Shown: positions 1 to 11,298, numbered from the stretch's first letter. The stretch is 64,000 nt of DNA from Aulosira sp. ZfuVER01 (GCA_034530615.2 JAVRCV020000049.1:32001-96000), one strand, 5' to 3'. A program made the numbers and translations. The notes: generated by a model not told the origin, from the sequence alone.

Positions 1-2144
1 CTGAATTATTTAAGAGAGTATTTAACTCAACTTTCATTCTCAAACAACAACTTCAAGCAATTACACAGTTACTGCGACAGCCAGAAAACAGGCTATCTGG
101 TTGTGGTGGCGGAAATCTAATCAATCTTTGCCGTTATTTGCAAATCGATTTAACAAACTCTGATTTTTCTGATCTAACAATTTGGCACGCCGATCTGCAA
201 GGAGTAGATTTACATCGAGTCAGCTTTGCCCGTTCCGATCTAGCTAAGTCTACTTTTACTCAAGCCTTTAGCGTTGCTACAACTGTAGCCTTTAGCCCAA
301 ATGGGGAAATTTTAGCGATCGGAGATGGTACAGGGAAAATTAACCTCTGGCAAATTCTCGGCAGCAAGGGACTGACAGTAGAAATAGGTCAACCACTTTT
401 CACTCTCAAAGAACACCAAGCTTGGATTTGGTCAGTTAGCTTCAGTCCAGATGGAAAGACAATCGCTAGCGCCAGTGAAGATTGCACCGTTAGGCTTTGG
501 AATGTAAAAACAGGTGAGAGCTTAAGAATTTTACATGGTCATACTGGGATGGTATCGTCAGTTACCTTTAGCCCCGATGGTCAGATAGTTGCAAGTGGCA
601 GTGCCGATTTAACGATTAGGTTATGGGATGTCAACACAGGTGAATGTTTAAAAATTCTCTGCGGACATAACCATCAAGTACGCACAATCGCCTTTAGCCC
701 TGATGGTCAAACAATTGCTAGTGCTAGTGATGACCAAACGATCGGGCTTTGGCAAGTCAGCACAGGTCAAGTTTTGACAGTTTTAGAAGGACATACCAGT
801 CCGGTATGGGCAGTTGCTTTTCACCCTAATGGCAAGATGCTTGCTAGTGGTAGCCACGACCAAACTGTTAAGTTCTGGGATACTCACACGGGTAAATGCC
901 GGAAAACTTTACAGGGACACGACAGTATGGTGTGGTCAGTCGCCTTTCACCCCAATAGACAAATCCTGGCGAGTGGCAGTGGAGATGCAACTGTCAGACT
1001 CTGGAATACTGACACAGGCCAATGTGTGAAAATTTTGCAGGAACACAACAGCATGGTATGGTCAGTTGCTTTCCACCCCAATGGGCAAATCCTGGCGAGT
1101 GGTAGTGAAGATCGCACTGTAAAACTCTGGGATTTGCAAAGCAACCAAGCTTTAAGAACATTTCAAGGCTATGCCAATCAGATTTGGTCAGTTGCCTTTA
1201 GTCCTAACGAACAAATCCTTGCTAGTGGCGGTACTAATTCTTTAAGGCTCTGGGATACTGATACAGGTGAATGTCTAAAAACATTACAGGGACATACCAG
1301 TTGGGTGACATCTGTTGCCTTTAGTCTCGATGGACAAACCCTTGCTAGTAGCAGTTGCGATCGCACGATTCGCATCTGGGCTGTAGGTACGGGCGAATGT
1401 CTCAAAACATTACAGGGGCATACTAGTTGGGCATCAGGAGTCGCCTTCAGCCCTGTGGAACCAATTCTTGCTAGCGGTGGTTTCGACAAAACTATTAAGA
1501 TCTGGAGTATCCATGACGGTAGATGCATTAATACTTTGCAAGGACATACAAGTTTCGTATGGTCAACCGCTTTTAGTCCCAATGGGCAAACTCTTGCTAG
1601 TAGTAGCTTTGATAAAACTATCAGACTGTGGGACATCAACGATGGTAAGTGTTTGAAAGTTTTACAAGGACATAATAATTGGGTTTGGTCAGTAGCTTAT
1701 AGTCCTGATGGGCAAACTTTGGCGAGTAGCAGTGCTGACCACAGCATTAAATTGTGGGATGCTAACACAGGTGAATGCTTGAAAACTCTACAAGAGCATA
1801 CCAATCAAGTTTTTCAAGTCAAGTTTAGCCCAGACAATCAAACACTTGTCAGTTGCAGTACTGACCAAACAATCAAACTATGGAATGTTAATTCCGGTCA
1901 ATGTCTTGCAACTTTAAAAGGACATACAAATCAGATTCGTTGTGTTGCTTTTAATGGCAATGGACAAATCGTTGCTAGTGGTAGCGCTGATGATACTGTT
2001 AAAATCTGGGATTGGAAAAAGGGTGAATGTCTGAAAACCCTCAAAGCTGAACTACCCTATCAAGATATGAATATTACGAATATTATAGGTTTAACCGCAG
2101 CCCAAAAAGCCACTTTGAAAGCTTTAGGAGCGATTGAGCAATAG
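1..2144 (+). CDS. C-terminal part of an NB-ARC/NACHT-type WD40-repeat protein (5' end lies outside the window)
   Basis: The frame is open from position 3 (ELFKRVF...SGCGGGNLINLCRYLQIDL). It continues through a pentapeptide-like linker and about 14 GH...W-D/N WD40 repeats to the typical cyanobacterial tail PYQDMNITNIIGLTAAQKATLKALGA. The NTPase domain is inferred and not visible here. Confidence 0.85.
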   Translation, partial: ELFKRVFNSTFILKQQLQAITQLLRQPENRLSGCGGGNLINLCRYLQIDLTNSDFSDLTIWHADLQGVDLHRVSFARSDLAKSTFTQAFSVATTVAFSPNGEILAIGDGTGKINLWQILGSKGLTVEIGQPLFTLKEHQAWIWSVSFSPDGKTIASASEDCTVRLWNVKTGESLRILHGHTGMVSSVTFSPDGQIVASGSADLTIRLWDVNTGECLKILCGHNHQVRTIAFSPDGQTIASASDDQTIGLWQVSTGQVLTVLEGHTSPVWAVAFHPNGKMLASGSHDQTVKFWDTHTGKCRKTLQGHDSMVWSVAFHPNRQILASGSGDATVRLWNTDTGQCVKILQEHNSMVWSVAFHPNGQILASGSEDRTVKLWDLQSNQALRTFQGYANQIWSVAFSPNEQILASGGTNSLRLWDTDTGECLKTLQGHTSWVTSVAFSLDGQTLASSSCDRTIRIWAVGTGECLKTLQGHTSWASGVAFSPVEPILASGGFDKTIKIWSIHDGRCINTLQGHTSFVWSTAFSPNGQTLASSSFDKTIRLWDINDGKCLKVLQGHNNWVWSVAYSPDGQTLASSSADHSIKLWDANTGECLKTLQEHTNQVFQVKFSPDNQTLVSCSTDQTIKLWNVNSGQCLATLKGHTNQIRCVAFNGNGQIVASGSADDTVKIWDWKKGECLKTLKAELPYQDMNITNIIGLTAAQKATLKALGAIEQ

Positions 2145-2154
2145 GCGATCGCAT

Positions 2155-2523
2155 TTATGAATCCTGAATGTCCATTCGTCGGATTAGACCATTATCGATA
2201 GTGTAAATATGCTGAACCATTTTATCTATTATTAAGTTTCCGTCTAAATCGCGTACAACTTGATGAACATCAACCACGATTTGTCCGCCTTGATCGAGTT
2301 GAAATTTTTGGGGTTCAACATGAGGATTAATCAATTGCCATTGGCGAGTCCAATAATTACGTACTGCCTCATGTCCGCGAACATACCCGCCTTCCATGCC
2401 ATTTGCCCACTCTACATCAGAGTGCATCAACGCGAGAACGGAATCAATATCACGAGCGTTAAAGGCAGCATACGCTTTTGTGAGTAAATCTTGCTGTATT
2501 TGCATCAGGGTTTGCCACTCCAC
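2155..2523 (-). CDS. SnoaL-like / NTF2-family protein
   Basis: AYAAFNARDIDSVLALMHSDVEWANGMEGG...GHEAVRNYW. The true start may be the internal ATG (MQIQQ). Confidence 0.8.
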   Translation of the reverse strand: MEWQTLMQIQQDLLTKAYAAFNARDIDSVLALMHSDVEWANGMEGGYVRGHEAVRNYWTRQWQLINPHVEPQKFQLDQGGQIVVDVHQVVRDLDGNLIIDKMVQHIYTIDNGLIRRMDIQDS

Positions 2524-3005
2524 TGTTATTTTCTCTATAGCTTTGCCATCGATATAATCCTTTTAACATTTGCAACCCAAACCATGCACAAGGATTTCTC
2601 TCGCCATCACAACATAGAAGTTTAATTTGATATCTCTCCAGATTTATAGAGCTTTTTCAATCAAAACTAGCCCTATATTTTTGCATATTTGCTACTGAAT
2701 AAGCATTGTTACACAAATTTTTATTATTGAGGAGGTTGATTTTCTTAATAAAATGATTAATTATATCATGATTTTACGCTTGCTATATTGGCATGAGTAT
2801 TTATTGGATGACTGGTACTTAATATAGATAGAATAACTAACTTAAGATAGAAGCATAAATGCGATCGCAACATTTATCCTGTTAAGGATTTAAATTTTCA
2901 TAGCCAAGGCAGCTACAGTCAACTTAAATATTTAGCCAGTTCAACTGGAAATATAAAAATATTTATTTAACACTTAGTTCTACCCTCTAATTTAATTCCT
3001 AAACA

Positions 3006-5087
3006 ATGGCATTAAACTCGCTCGTAGATAGTCCAATCATTGCATTTACAATTCTCCTGGCAGTAATCTTTACTGTGCCCCCTTTATTTGAGCGACTGCG
3101 ACTACCTGGATTAGTAGGTTTACTAGTAGCAGGTGTCATCTTAGGGCAAAATGGGTTAAAGCTGTTAAACTCGGAATCCGAAACTATTAAATTGCTCTCG
3201 GATATCGGCAAGATTTACTTGATGTTCGTGGCAGGTTTAGAAATCGATTTAGAACAGTTTCGTAAAACAAAAAATCGTTCAATTGGTTTTGGAACTTTTA
3301 CATTTTTAGTTCCGCTAATTGCTGGCATTATTGCCGGACGTTTATTTAACTTTAGTTGGAATTCTTCGGTTTTAATTGGTTCTTTACTTGCCTCTCATAC
3401 TCTCTTGGCGTATCCAATTGTCAGCCGTTTAGGAGTTGTAACCAATGAAGCGGTGACAGTTACAATTGGTGCCACTATTTTTACAGACACAGGTGCTTTG
3501 CTCGTATTAGCAATTTGTGTAGGCATTCATGGTGGGGATTTTTCTGCCCTCAGTTTAGTAACTTTGTTGGGTGGATTGGCAATTTATTCTGTTGTAGTTT
3601 TATTCGGCTTTGATTGGGCAGGAAAACAGTTCTTTCGCCGTTCTGGAGATGAACAAAGTAACCAGTTTATCTTTATCTTACTGGCATTATTTTTAGCCTC
3701 AGTCGGAGCGCAAGTAATTGGAGTTGAAAAAATTGTTGGGGCATTTCTAGCAGGTTTAGCAGTCAACGATGTTCTAGGACGCAGCCCAGTCAAAGAAAAA
3801 GTAGAATTTATTGGCAGTGCTTTGTTTATCCCTTGTTTCTTTGTGGACATGGGATTATTAATTAATATTCCAGCATTTCTGAAAACTCTCAGTTCAATTT
3901 GGCTGACTGTAGTTATTGTAGGGGCTTTAATTGGCAGTAAATTTATAGCAGCATTATTAGCCAAACTATTTTACCGTTACAACTGGGCAGAAATGTTAAC
4001 GATGTGGTCATTGTCTTTACCACAGGTAGCAGCGACACTAGCCGCAACATTGGTTGCTTATCAAACTGTAAATCCAGCAGGCGAACGACTAATCAATGAA
4101 GGTGTATTAAATAGCGTGATTGTGCTGATGCTAGTTACTGCTATTCTCGGCCCGGTAATTACAGCCAGAACTGCTACTTTGTTGCAGGTTTCTCAGTCAG
4201 ATTTACAAACAGATAAACTGACAACTTGGTGGGAAAATGCTGATGAGCAACTGGTAGAGGAAACACAAGAGCCATTCACCATCATAGTACCAATATACAA
4301 CCCCCAAACCCAACGCTATCTGATAGAAATGGCAGCTTTGATAAGTCGTCATGAATCAGGAAGGATTGTGCCTTTAGCTATTACCAAAGCTCATATCCAG
4401 ATGGACGATCCACAATTAGTAGTAGCGCTAGAAGAAAGTAAAAAACGATTAAATTTAACCAGAGAAATCAGTCAAGAATTTGGTGTAGAAGTGTCACCTG
4501 CAATTCGGATTGATGACGATCCAGCTTTAGGAATTAGCCGCACTAGTCGAGAACAAAACGCTAGTTTAGTGGTGATGGGTTGGTCGCGGACAACAGGCTT
4601 ACGTGCCCGTTTATTTGGTAATGTGATTGATAGCGTTTTTTGGTCATCTCACTGTCCGGTAGCAGTAACACGCCTGTTGAGTAGTCCCGCGACTATCCAA
4701 AGAATTCTTGTACCAGTTGGCGACTTAACACGGCAAACCATAGGCGCTGTCAGGTTTGCGCAAATTTTAGCTGATGTCAATCAAGCAGAAGTAGTACTTT
4801 TACACGTGAGCGATCGCAAAACGCCTCAAAACATAGTAGATAAATTTGCCTTGCAAATGTCTGAAATTGCCGATCAAAGCCAGTTACAAATCAAGACCAA
4901 CATTCAAACAATTAGGGGTGATGATATTGCTAGAAACATCATTCGAGAAGCTGAGAAATTTGATTTAGCCGTGTTGCGTTCTGTTCGTTATCGCACAGCA
5001 GGTGGATTAGCCGTTAGCCATGTGACAACCCAAGTAATTAGAGAATTAAAATGCTCAATTGTGTTGTTAGGAGAACCTAACTCATGA
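3006..5087 (+). CDS. CPA2-family cation:proton antiporter with C-terminal universal-stress-protein domains
   Basis: Multiple TM helices with the motifs LMFVAGLEID, TIFTDT and GAFLAGL, followed by USP-like segments (IIVPIYNP, LVVMGW, ILVPVG). Confidence 0.88.
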   Translation: MALNSLVDSPIIAFTILLAVIFTVPPLFERLRLPGLVGLLVAGVILGQNGLKLLNSESETIKLLSDIGKIYLMFVAGLEIDLEQFRKTKNRSIGFGTFTFLVPLIAGIIAGRLFNFSWNSSVLIGSLLASHTLLAYPIVSRLGVVTNEAVTVTIGATIFTDTGALLVLAICVGIHGGDFSALSLVTLLGGLAIYSVVVLFGFDWAGKQFFRRSGDEQSNQFIFILLALFLASVGAQVIGVEKIVGAFLAGLAVNDVLGRSPVKEKVEFIGSALFIPCFFVDMGLLINIPAFLKTLSSIWLTVVIVGALIGSKFIAALLAKLFYRYNWAEMLTMWSLSLPQVAATLAATLVAYQTVNPAGERLINEGVLNSVIVLMLVTAILGPVITARTATLLQVSQSDLQTDKLTTWWENADEQLVEETQEPFTIIVPIYNPQTQRYLIEMAALISRHESGRIVPLAITKAHIQMDDPQLVVALEESKKRLNLTREISQEFGVEVSPAIRIDDDPALGISRTSREQNASLVVMGWSRTTGLRARLFGNVIDSVFWSSHCPVAVTRLLSSPATIQRILVPVGDLTRQTIGAVRFAQILADVNQAEVVLLHVSDRKTPQNIVDKFALQMSEIADQSQLQIKTNIQTIRGDDIARNIIREAEKFDLAVLRSVRYRTAGGLAVSHVTTQVIRELKCSIVLLGEPNS

Positions 5088-5159
5088 GCAAAGATTAAAC
5101 GGAAGCAGGGAACGGGCGACAGAGAATTAAAATAAGTAGTATCTGTCGCTTTTACACTT

Positions 5160-5867
5160 GTGTTTAACCAGCCTCAAAAGTTAACAGAAAACCACCTGCT
5201 GGCTAACTTTCCACCGCAGGAGCTAAAACGCTTGCATCCTCATCTGGAGCTAGTTTCGCTCTCATTAGGAGAATCTATTATCTTGCCTAATGAGCCTATA
5301 TCTTTTATCTATTTTCCTGTTAACTCATTACTCTCTCTCGTGACAGTGATGGAGGATGGCTCAACGGTGGAATCTGGGTGTGTTGGACGTGAGGGAATGG
5401 CAGGTTTGCCAATTCTTTTGGATGCAACTACAACGCCGATGCAAACGTTGGTACAAATTGTAGGTTTGGCAGTGCGTGTTAAAGCTCAGATCCTCAAAGA
5501 GGCGTTTGATAGAGGCGGCGCACTACAAAAGCTTCTCCACCGTTACATACATACAGTTATTGTTTTAGGTTCCCAAAGTACTGCCTGCAACGCTCTTCAT
5601 CATTTAGAAGCAAGGCTGTGTCGCTGGTTGCTAATGAGCAGTGACGGTGTGAATTCAGAGTCACTTGCCTTGACTCAGGAATTTCTGTCCACGATGCTTG
5701 GTGTTAGGCGTTCTGGAGTTAGCGAAGCTGCTAGTAAACTTCAGAGTAGAGACTTAATTCGTTATCAACGTGGACTTATTCAGATTCTTGACAGAAAAGG
5801 CTTGGAAAAATCTGCCTGTGAATGTTACGGCATCGCCAAAGCAGAATATCAGCGCTTGTTTGGCTGA
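5160..5867 (+). CDS. Crp/Fnr-family transcriptional regulator
   Basis: cNMP-binding fold (VGREGMAG) plus HTH LTQEFLSTMLGVRRSGVS. Confidence 0.88.
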   Translation: MFNQPQKLTENHLLANFPPQELKRLHPHLELVSLSLGESIILPNEPISFIYFPVNSLLSLVTVMEDGSTVESGCVGREGMAGLPILLDATTTPMQTLVQIVGLAVRVKAQILKEAFDRGGALQKLLHRYIHTVIVLGSQSTACNALHHLEARLCRWLLMSSDGVNSESLALTQEFLSTMLGVRRSGVSEAASKLQSRDLIRYQRGLIQILDRKGLEKSACECYGIAKAEYQRLFG

Positions 5868-5897
5868 AGCTGTAACATCACTTTTTGTTGTCTCTAT

Positions 5898-6674
5898 CTA
5901 AGCAAATTTACTCGCAGTTGCAAATCGGTTGTTAATCTCATCCCAATTAACCACATTCCACCAAGCTTCTAAATAATCGGCGCGGCGGTTTTGGTAGTTA
6001 AGATAATATGCGTGTTCCCAAACATCATTACCTAAAATAGGATATTTACCTGCACTGATGGGACTGTCTTGGTTAGCTGTTGTAGTTACTTCTAGCTTGC
6101 CATCTTTGTTACGGACAAGCCAAACCCAACCACTACCAAACTGGGCTGCACCAGCTGCGTTAAATTGTTTTTTAAAGGCAGCAAAATCACCAAAATTTTG
6201 ATTGATTGCAGATGCGATCGCTCCTGTGGGTTCGCCACCACCTTGGGGTTTCATAATTTGCCAAAACATTGAGTGATTCACGTGCCCACCGCCATTATTA
6301 CGTATCGTTTTGCGAACATCTGCGGGCACAGTGTCAAGTTTAAGTAACAGTTCTTCAACAGTTTTGCTTTTAAGCTGTGGATATTTCTCTAAAGCTGCAT
6401 TCAGGTTTTTCACATAAGTTGCATGATGCTTATCGTGATGAAACTGCATTGTTTTAGCATCAATGTGTGGTTCCAGTGCTTCGTAAGGATATGGCAAAAG
6501 TGGTAATTGAATCGCCCCTTTATTAGTATCTGGTGTTGGTTCAGGACTGGTTTGGTTGCCACTTGGAGATTGCTCTGCTAAGGTACAACCTTCAAATGCA
6601 AAAGTACCCGTACCTGCTGCGAGTAAAAACAAGAAATGGCGTCGATTAATAGTCATAAAAATTTTTACAGCCAA
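5898..6674 (-). CDS. sodA: Mn superoxide dismutase with N-terminal twin-arginine/lipoprotein-like signal
   Basis: HHDKHH and DVWEHAYY metal motifs. NNGGGH and TANQD are Mn-type signatures. N-terminus NRRHFL...EGC. Likely start at MTINRR. Confidence 0.92.
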   Translation of the reverse strand: MAVKIFMTINRRHFLFLLAAGTGTFAFEGCTLAEQSPSGNQTSPEPTPDTNKGAIQLPLLPYPYEALEPHIDAKTMQFHHDKHHATYVKNLNAALEKYPQLKSKTVEELLLKLDTVPADVRKTIRNNGGGHVNHSMFWQIMKPQGGGEPTGAIASAINQNFGDFAAFKKQFNAAGAAQFGSGWVWLVRNKDGKLEVTTTANQDSPISAGKYPILGNDVWEHAYYLNYQNRRADYLEAWWNVVNWDEINNRFATASKFA

Positions 6675-6735
6675 TCAATTGAATATCTTGATAGCTTTTA
6701 TTTTCTTCGATTCAGGTTGCAAAAAATCAAGAAAT

Positions 6736-6805
6736 AGGGAATGGGGCATGGGGCATTGGTAATTGTTATTTTCCCCTTGTCCCCTTGTTCCCCTTTTCCC
6801 CAATC
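6736..6805. repeat. Short tandem (STRR-like) repeats TGGGGCA / TCCCCTTG
   Basis: gggaatggggcatggggcattgg and tccccttgtccccttgttcccc between sodA and icd. Confidence 0.7.
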
Positions 6806-6810
6806 TCTAA

Positions 6811-8232
6811 TTAACCAAAATGCTGAATAATTGCTTCGGCAAATTCAGAACACTTGAGGGGTTCTACAGGTGGTTCTAGCAACCGTGCTAAGTCGTAGGT
6901 GACTTGACGATTGGCGATCGCATCCCCTAAACCTTTCTTAACGAGGTCTGCGGCTTCTTGCCAGCCCAGATACTCAAGCATCATCACACCAGACAAAATC
7001 ACTGAACCGGGATTAATCCGGTCTAAGCCGGCGTGTTTGGGTGCAGTACCGTGGGTAGCTTCAAAGATGGCGCAGGCATCGCCAATATTCGCCCCTGGCC
7101 CCATTCCTAAGCCGCCAACAATGGCAGCCGCCGCATCAGATAGGTAATCGCCATTCAAGTTCATCGTCGCCAGAATCGAATATTCATCGGGTCTGGTTTG
7201 GATTTGTTGAAAAATACTATCGGCAATTCGGTCATTGACCATGATTTTTTCTTTCCACTTGCCGTTGCCGTGGCTATCCCAAATTGTGTTAAGAACAGTT
7301 TCAACTTCCTTGACAATTTGCGCCTTTTTCTCTGGAGTTAAGGAATCAAATCCAGGGTCAACTTGATGGGCGTTTTCTTCTAAGGAAATATTTGGGTTTT
7401 TCTCCTTATTGCTCAAAATCCAAGATTCTCGTTCGGTGATGCACTCAGCACGAAATTCGCTGGTAGCCAGTTCGTAACCCCAATCGCGGAAAGCGCCTTC
7501 GGTGTACTTCATGATGTTGCCCTTATGCACCAAAGTCACCTGTTGCTTGTTTTTGGGCAATGTTAGGGCATGTTTGATGGCACGGCGTACCAAGCGCTGG
7601 GAACCTTTTTTGCTGATGGGTTTGATGCCAATACCAGCATCCAAGGGAATTTGCTTTTTGCCGTGTTCGGGGGTGGCGGGGATGAGATCCTCGTTGAGAA
7701 TTTTAATGAGGCGATCGCCGATTTCGCTGCCTTGTCGCCACTCAATCCCCAAATAAATATCTTCTGTGTTTTCCCGATAAACAATTACATCTAGTTTTTC
7801 AGGGCTTTTGTGGGGTGAGGGTGTACCGGCATAGTAGCGACAAGGACGTACGCAAGCATATAAGTCAAAAATTTGTCTTAGTGCCACATTCAAGGAACGA
7901 ATGCCACCCCCAACAGGAGTTGTTAATGGCCCTTTGATAGCAACACCATATTCTTCAATTGCAGTTAGTGTATCTTGTGGTAAATACTGGTATGTGCCGT
8001 ATAAATCGCAGGCTTCATCCCCAGCATAAACCTTAAACCAACTAATTTGACGCTTACCGCTATATGCCTTTGCTACCGCAGCATCAAGTACTTTTTGGGC
8101 AGCAGGCCAGATATCTATACCCGTTCCATCTCCCCGAATAAAGGGGATAATGGGGTTGTCAGGCACAACCGGTTCACCATTTTTGAAGGTAATTTTTGCT
8201 CCAGTTGTTGGGGGGGTAATCTTTTCGTACAT
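6811..8232 (-). CDS. icd: NADP-dependent isocitrate dehydrogenase
   Basis: [50 protein letters not shown]. Confidence 0.97.
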   Translation of the reverse strand: MYEKITPPTTGAKITFKNGEPVVPDNPIIPFIRGDGTGIDIWPAAQKVLDAAVAKAYSGKRQISWFKVYAGDEACDLYGTYQYLPQDTLTAIEEYGVAIKGPLTTPVGGGIRSLNVALRQIFDLYACVRPCRYYAGTPSPHKSPEKLDVIVYRENTEDIYLGIEWRQGSEIGDRLIKILNEDLIPATPEHGKKQIPLDAGIGIKPISKKGSQRLVRRAIKHALTLPKNKQQVTLVHKGNIMKYTEGAFRDWGYELATSEFRAECITERESWILSNKEKNPNISLEENAHQVDPGFDSLTPEKKAQIVKEVETVLNTIWDSHGNGKWKEKIMVNDRIADSIFQQIQTRPDEYSILATMNLNGDYLSDAAAAIVGGLGMGPGANIGDACAIFEATHGTAPKHAGLDRINPGSVILSGVMMLEYLGWQEAADLVKKGLGDAIANRQVTYDLARLLEPPVEPLKCSEFAEAIIQHFG

Positions 8233-8269
8233 AAATCACACATTCCTGATCGATTGGCCATTGGCGTTG

Positions 8270-8360
8270 AGTATTGGGTATGGGGCATGGGGCATTGGGC
8301 ATGGGGCATTGGGCATTTTATCTTCCCCTGCTTCCTTGTTCCCCTCATCTCCCTCATCCC
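8270..8360. repeat. STRR heptamer repeats
   Basis: Tandem tggggca/ttgggca units followed by tcccctcat units. Confidence 0.75.
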
Positions 8361-8553
8361 TAGCTCCTGAAGCGCAGATTTTCCCCTTAATCACCTTGTA
8401 CCTTATTTGGGACTTAAGGTATGGGATTGAGTGAAACGATCGCTATTTTGTACGATCAAAAATAGTAAACTACTTTTCGCTATCAGTCTTTCATCTTTGA
8501 AAACACCCGCATAGCGATCGCTGTTTCACAATCCCGCTAAAACGAGTAATGGC

Positions 8554-9267
8554 ATGACAGACCCAATGATTGTATCAGGCCCTGCTAGTGACATCGACTC
8601 CCTCCGCCTCCAGTTAATCGCTGGGTCTCTTCAAGTCCAACAACAGATAATCCCACAATTAGCTGAATTGGGTAATGAGGGATTGGATGTATTGATGGAA
8701 TTTTTACTGAAACGTTCTGACACCCCAGCAACTTGGCTTGATGGCAAAGCCTACCAAGTACTCTACAACTCTGATGCACCTAAAGCCAAAGAATTTCTAC
8801 AAACAAATTTTCCTGAGGGCATTGTACCTCTAAAATCAGAGTGCGGGATTAATTACAATCCCTTGCAACAGCTACTTGCTGCCCAAGACTTCCAAGCCGC
8901 CGATCGCCTAACCATCCAAAAAATGTGTGAATTAGCAGGACCCACGGCATTACAACGCAAATGGTTGTATTTTACTGAAGTGGATAATTTCCCCTCGGTT
9001 GACTTGCAAACCATTAATCATCTTTGGTTAGTCCACTCTGAAGGCAAATTTGGTTTTTCCGTACAGCGCGAAATTTGGTTAGGCTTGGGAAAAAATTGGG
9101 ATAACTTCTGGACAAAAATTGGTTGGAAAAATGGTAATAACTGGACGCGATATCCTAATGAGTTTATCTGGGATTTGAGCGCTCCTAAAGGTCATTTACC
9201 TCTCTCTAACCAACTACGCGGAGTACGAGTTATTGCTTCTTTATTTGCTCATCCTACTTGGAAGTAG
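8554..9267 (+). CDS. gun4: GUN4 porphyrin-binding Mg-chelatase cofactor
   Basis: N-terminal ARM-like region, then DLQTINHLWLVHSEGKFGFSVQREIW and APKGHLPLSNQLRG. Confidence 0.92.
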   Translation: MTDPMIVSGPASDIDSLRLQLIAGSLQVQQQIIPQLAELGNEGLDVLMEFLLKRSDTPATWLDGKAYQVLYNSDAPKAKEFLQTNFPEGIVPLKSECGINYNPLQQLLAAQDFQAADRLTIQKMCELAGPTALQRKWLYFTEVDNFPSVDLQTINHLWLVHSEGKFGFSVQREIWLGLGKNWDNFWTKIGWKNGNNWTRYPNEFIWDLSAPKGHLPLSNQLRGVRVIASLFAHPTWK

Positions 9268-9423
9268 TCATCATACCAATTTTAGATTGTGGATGAAAAA
9301 TCCTGACCATCAGATAGTTCTAGAAATCTCAAACCATACCAGTTTGGTATCAGTCATGAGTCCTGAGTTATTAAAAGAAAGGACAAATGACCAAGGACAA
9401 ATGACAGAGGACAAAATCGGATA

Positions 9424-10515
9424 ATGGCAAACGTTAAGCTAGAAGACATTAAGCGTAGATTCAACAACGTGACTGCGATCGAGGATATTTCTTTTGAAAT
9501 TCCTGATGGTGAGTTTTGGGTTTTGGTGGGGCCATCTGGTTGTGGTAAATCTACAATTTTACGCACGATCGCCGGTTTAGAGACAGCCACATCTGGCAAA
9601 CTCTTTATTGGCGATCGCTTGATGAATAATATCCCAGCCAGACAGCGTGATGTGGCGATGGTGTTTCAAAACTATGCGCTTTATCCGCACATGACGGTGG
9701 CGCAAAACATCGCTTTTGGGTTGCAAATGCGGAAAGTTGACTCGAAAGTGATTCAAGATAGAGTCAGTACGGTGGCGCGATCGCTTTCTTTGGACAAGTT
9801 GCTAGATCGCAAACCCAAACAACTTTCTGGGGGACAACAACAACGGGTAGCATTAGGAAGAGCGATCGCCCGTCAGCCACAAGTCTTTTTACTAGACGAA
9901 CCTTTGTCTAATTTAGACGCGCAATTACGCGATGATACTAGGGCTGAGTTGAAACAGTTACATCACAATTTGGGAATTACGACCATATACGTCACCCACG
10001 ATCAAGTTGAGGCGATGACTTTAGCGGATAAGATTGTGGTGCTAAATGGCGGTAGAATTCAACAAATCGGCGATCCTCAAACTATTTATGAGCGTCCCGC
10101 TAATCAAATGGTGGCATCTTTTTTAGGTAATCCACCAATGAATATTTTGCCTGCAATCTATCAGCGTGAGGGTTTTGATGTTAGTGGACAGTTATTAGAA
10201 ATTCCGCCAAGTTTACTGGAGAATTTGCAGATGCGTCAGGGACAAAGTGTAGATTTAGGGATTAGGCCGGAGCATATTTATATTAACGAACCACAGAGAG
10301 AAGCAGAGGGAGAATTGGTAGTTGAGGTGAAGGTGGTGGAACCTTTGGGAAGGGAAACATTGATTCGCGTTAGTTTACCTGATTCATCCGCTTTGCTGAA
10401 TGTACAGGTGGGTGGTGGTGTACGTTTGCGTCCAGGCGATCGCCTTTCTCTACAACTAGATTTGAGCCAGTTGTTTGTGTTTGACCCTAATACTGGTGAC
10501 AGAATTTTGCCCTAA
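9424..10515 (+). CDS. Sugar ABC transporter ATP-binding subunit (MalK/UgpC type)
   Basis: GPSGCGKS, VFQNYALYPHM, LSGGQQQR, LLDEPLSNLD, C-terminal TOBE region. Confidence 0.93.
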   Translation: MANVKLEDIKRRFNNVTAIEDISFEIPDGEFWVLVGPSGCGKSTILRTIAGLETATSGKLFIGDRLMNNIPARQRDVAMVFQNYALYPHMTVAQNIAFGLQMRKVDSKVIQDRVSTVARSLSLDKLLDRKPKQLSGGQQQRVALGRAIARQPQVFLLDEPLSNLDAQLRDDTRAELKQLHHNLGITTIYVTHDQVEAMTLADKIVVLNGGRIQQIGDPQTIYERPANQMVASFLGNPPMNILPAIYQREGFDVSGQLLEIPPSLLENLQMRQGQSVDLGIRPEHIYINEPQREAEGELVVEVKVVEPLGRETLIRVSLPDSSALLNVQVGGGVRLRPGDRLSLQLDLSQLFVFDPNTGDRILP

Positions 10516-10558
10516 AAATGACTATAATTTGATTATCAAGACAATTAATTAAAACTTA

Positions 10559-10975
10559 ATGCCTGCTAAGGATATTTACCATGATGCAGTTAAGTTATCT
10601 TTAGTAAAAGATGGATGGACAATTACTAACGATCCACTTTTACTGCAATATGGTGCAAAAGATTTGTTTGTTGATTTAGGAGCCGAAAAAATCCTAGCTG
10701 CGGAGAAAAGCGGAGATAAAATTGCAGTTGAAATCAAAAGCTTTATTAGTCCTTCTCCCATGAACGATTTAGAAAAAGCTATTGGACAGTATATTCTTTA
10801 TAAAAACATCCTTGAAGAAATCGAAACCGATAGATTACTATATTTAGCTGTTACTAACATAGCTTATAAAGATATCTTTGCTGAACCTCTTGGTCAGTTA
10901 GTGATGAATAAAAATCATTTACGATTAATGGTATTTAATTCTAGTAAACAGGAAATAGAACAATGGATAAACTAG
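10559..10975 (+). CDS. xisH: XisH-family protein (PD-(D/E)xK fold)
   Basis: MPAKDIYHDAVK..L.KDGW.IT.DP, IAVEIKSF, AIGQYILY. Overlaps xisI. Confidence 0.9.
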   Translation: MPAKDIYHDAVKLSLVKDGWTITNDPLLLQYGAKDLFVDLGAEKILAAEKSGDKIAVEIKSFISPSPMNDLEKAIGQYILYKNILEEIETDRLLYLAVTNIAYKDIFAEPLGQLVMNKNHLRLMVFNSSKQEIEQWIN

Positions 10976-11298
10976 AAAAATATCGAGAAGTTATAGTTAA
11001 ATCACTTCAAGAATACGCTAAAATACCTTACTCCTATGGCAATTTAGAAAGAAGATTTATTATTAGCGAAGACCACAGTAATTATTTATTAATTACATTA
11101 GGCTGGCAAAATGACCAAAGAGTTCATGGTTGTCTAATTCATATAGAAATTATTAATAATAAAGTTTGGATTCATCGAGATGGAACAGAAGACGGAATTA
11201 CAAACGATTTAGTAGCCGCCGGAATTCCTAAAGCAGATATTGTCCTAGGATTTCATCACCCAGAAATTCGCCAATATACAGAATATGCTATTAATTGA
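10963..11298 (+). CDS. xisI: XisI-family protein
   Basis: MDKLEKYR...GW...RVHG..IHIEI...KVWI..DGTEDGI..DLV.AGIPK.DIVLGF. Confidence 0.9.
   Translation: MDKLEKYREVIVKSLQEYAKIPYSYGNLERRFIISEDHSNYLLITLGWQNDQRVHGCLIHIEIINNKVWIHRDGTEDGITNDLVAAGIPKADIVLGFHHPEIRQYTEYAIN

Noticed and set aside
8047..8434. Short ORFs upstream of icd (8047-8370, 8115-8357, 8150-8434)
   Set aside because: These are translations of STRR heptamers (WGMGH/CPMPH) and of icd antisense or alternate frames.
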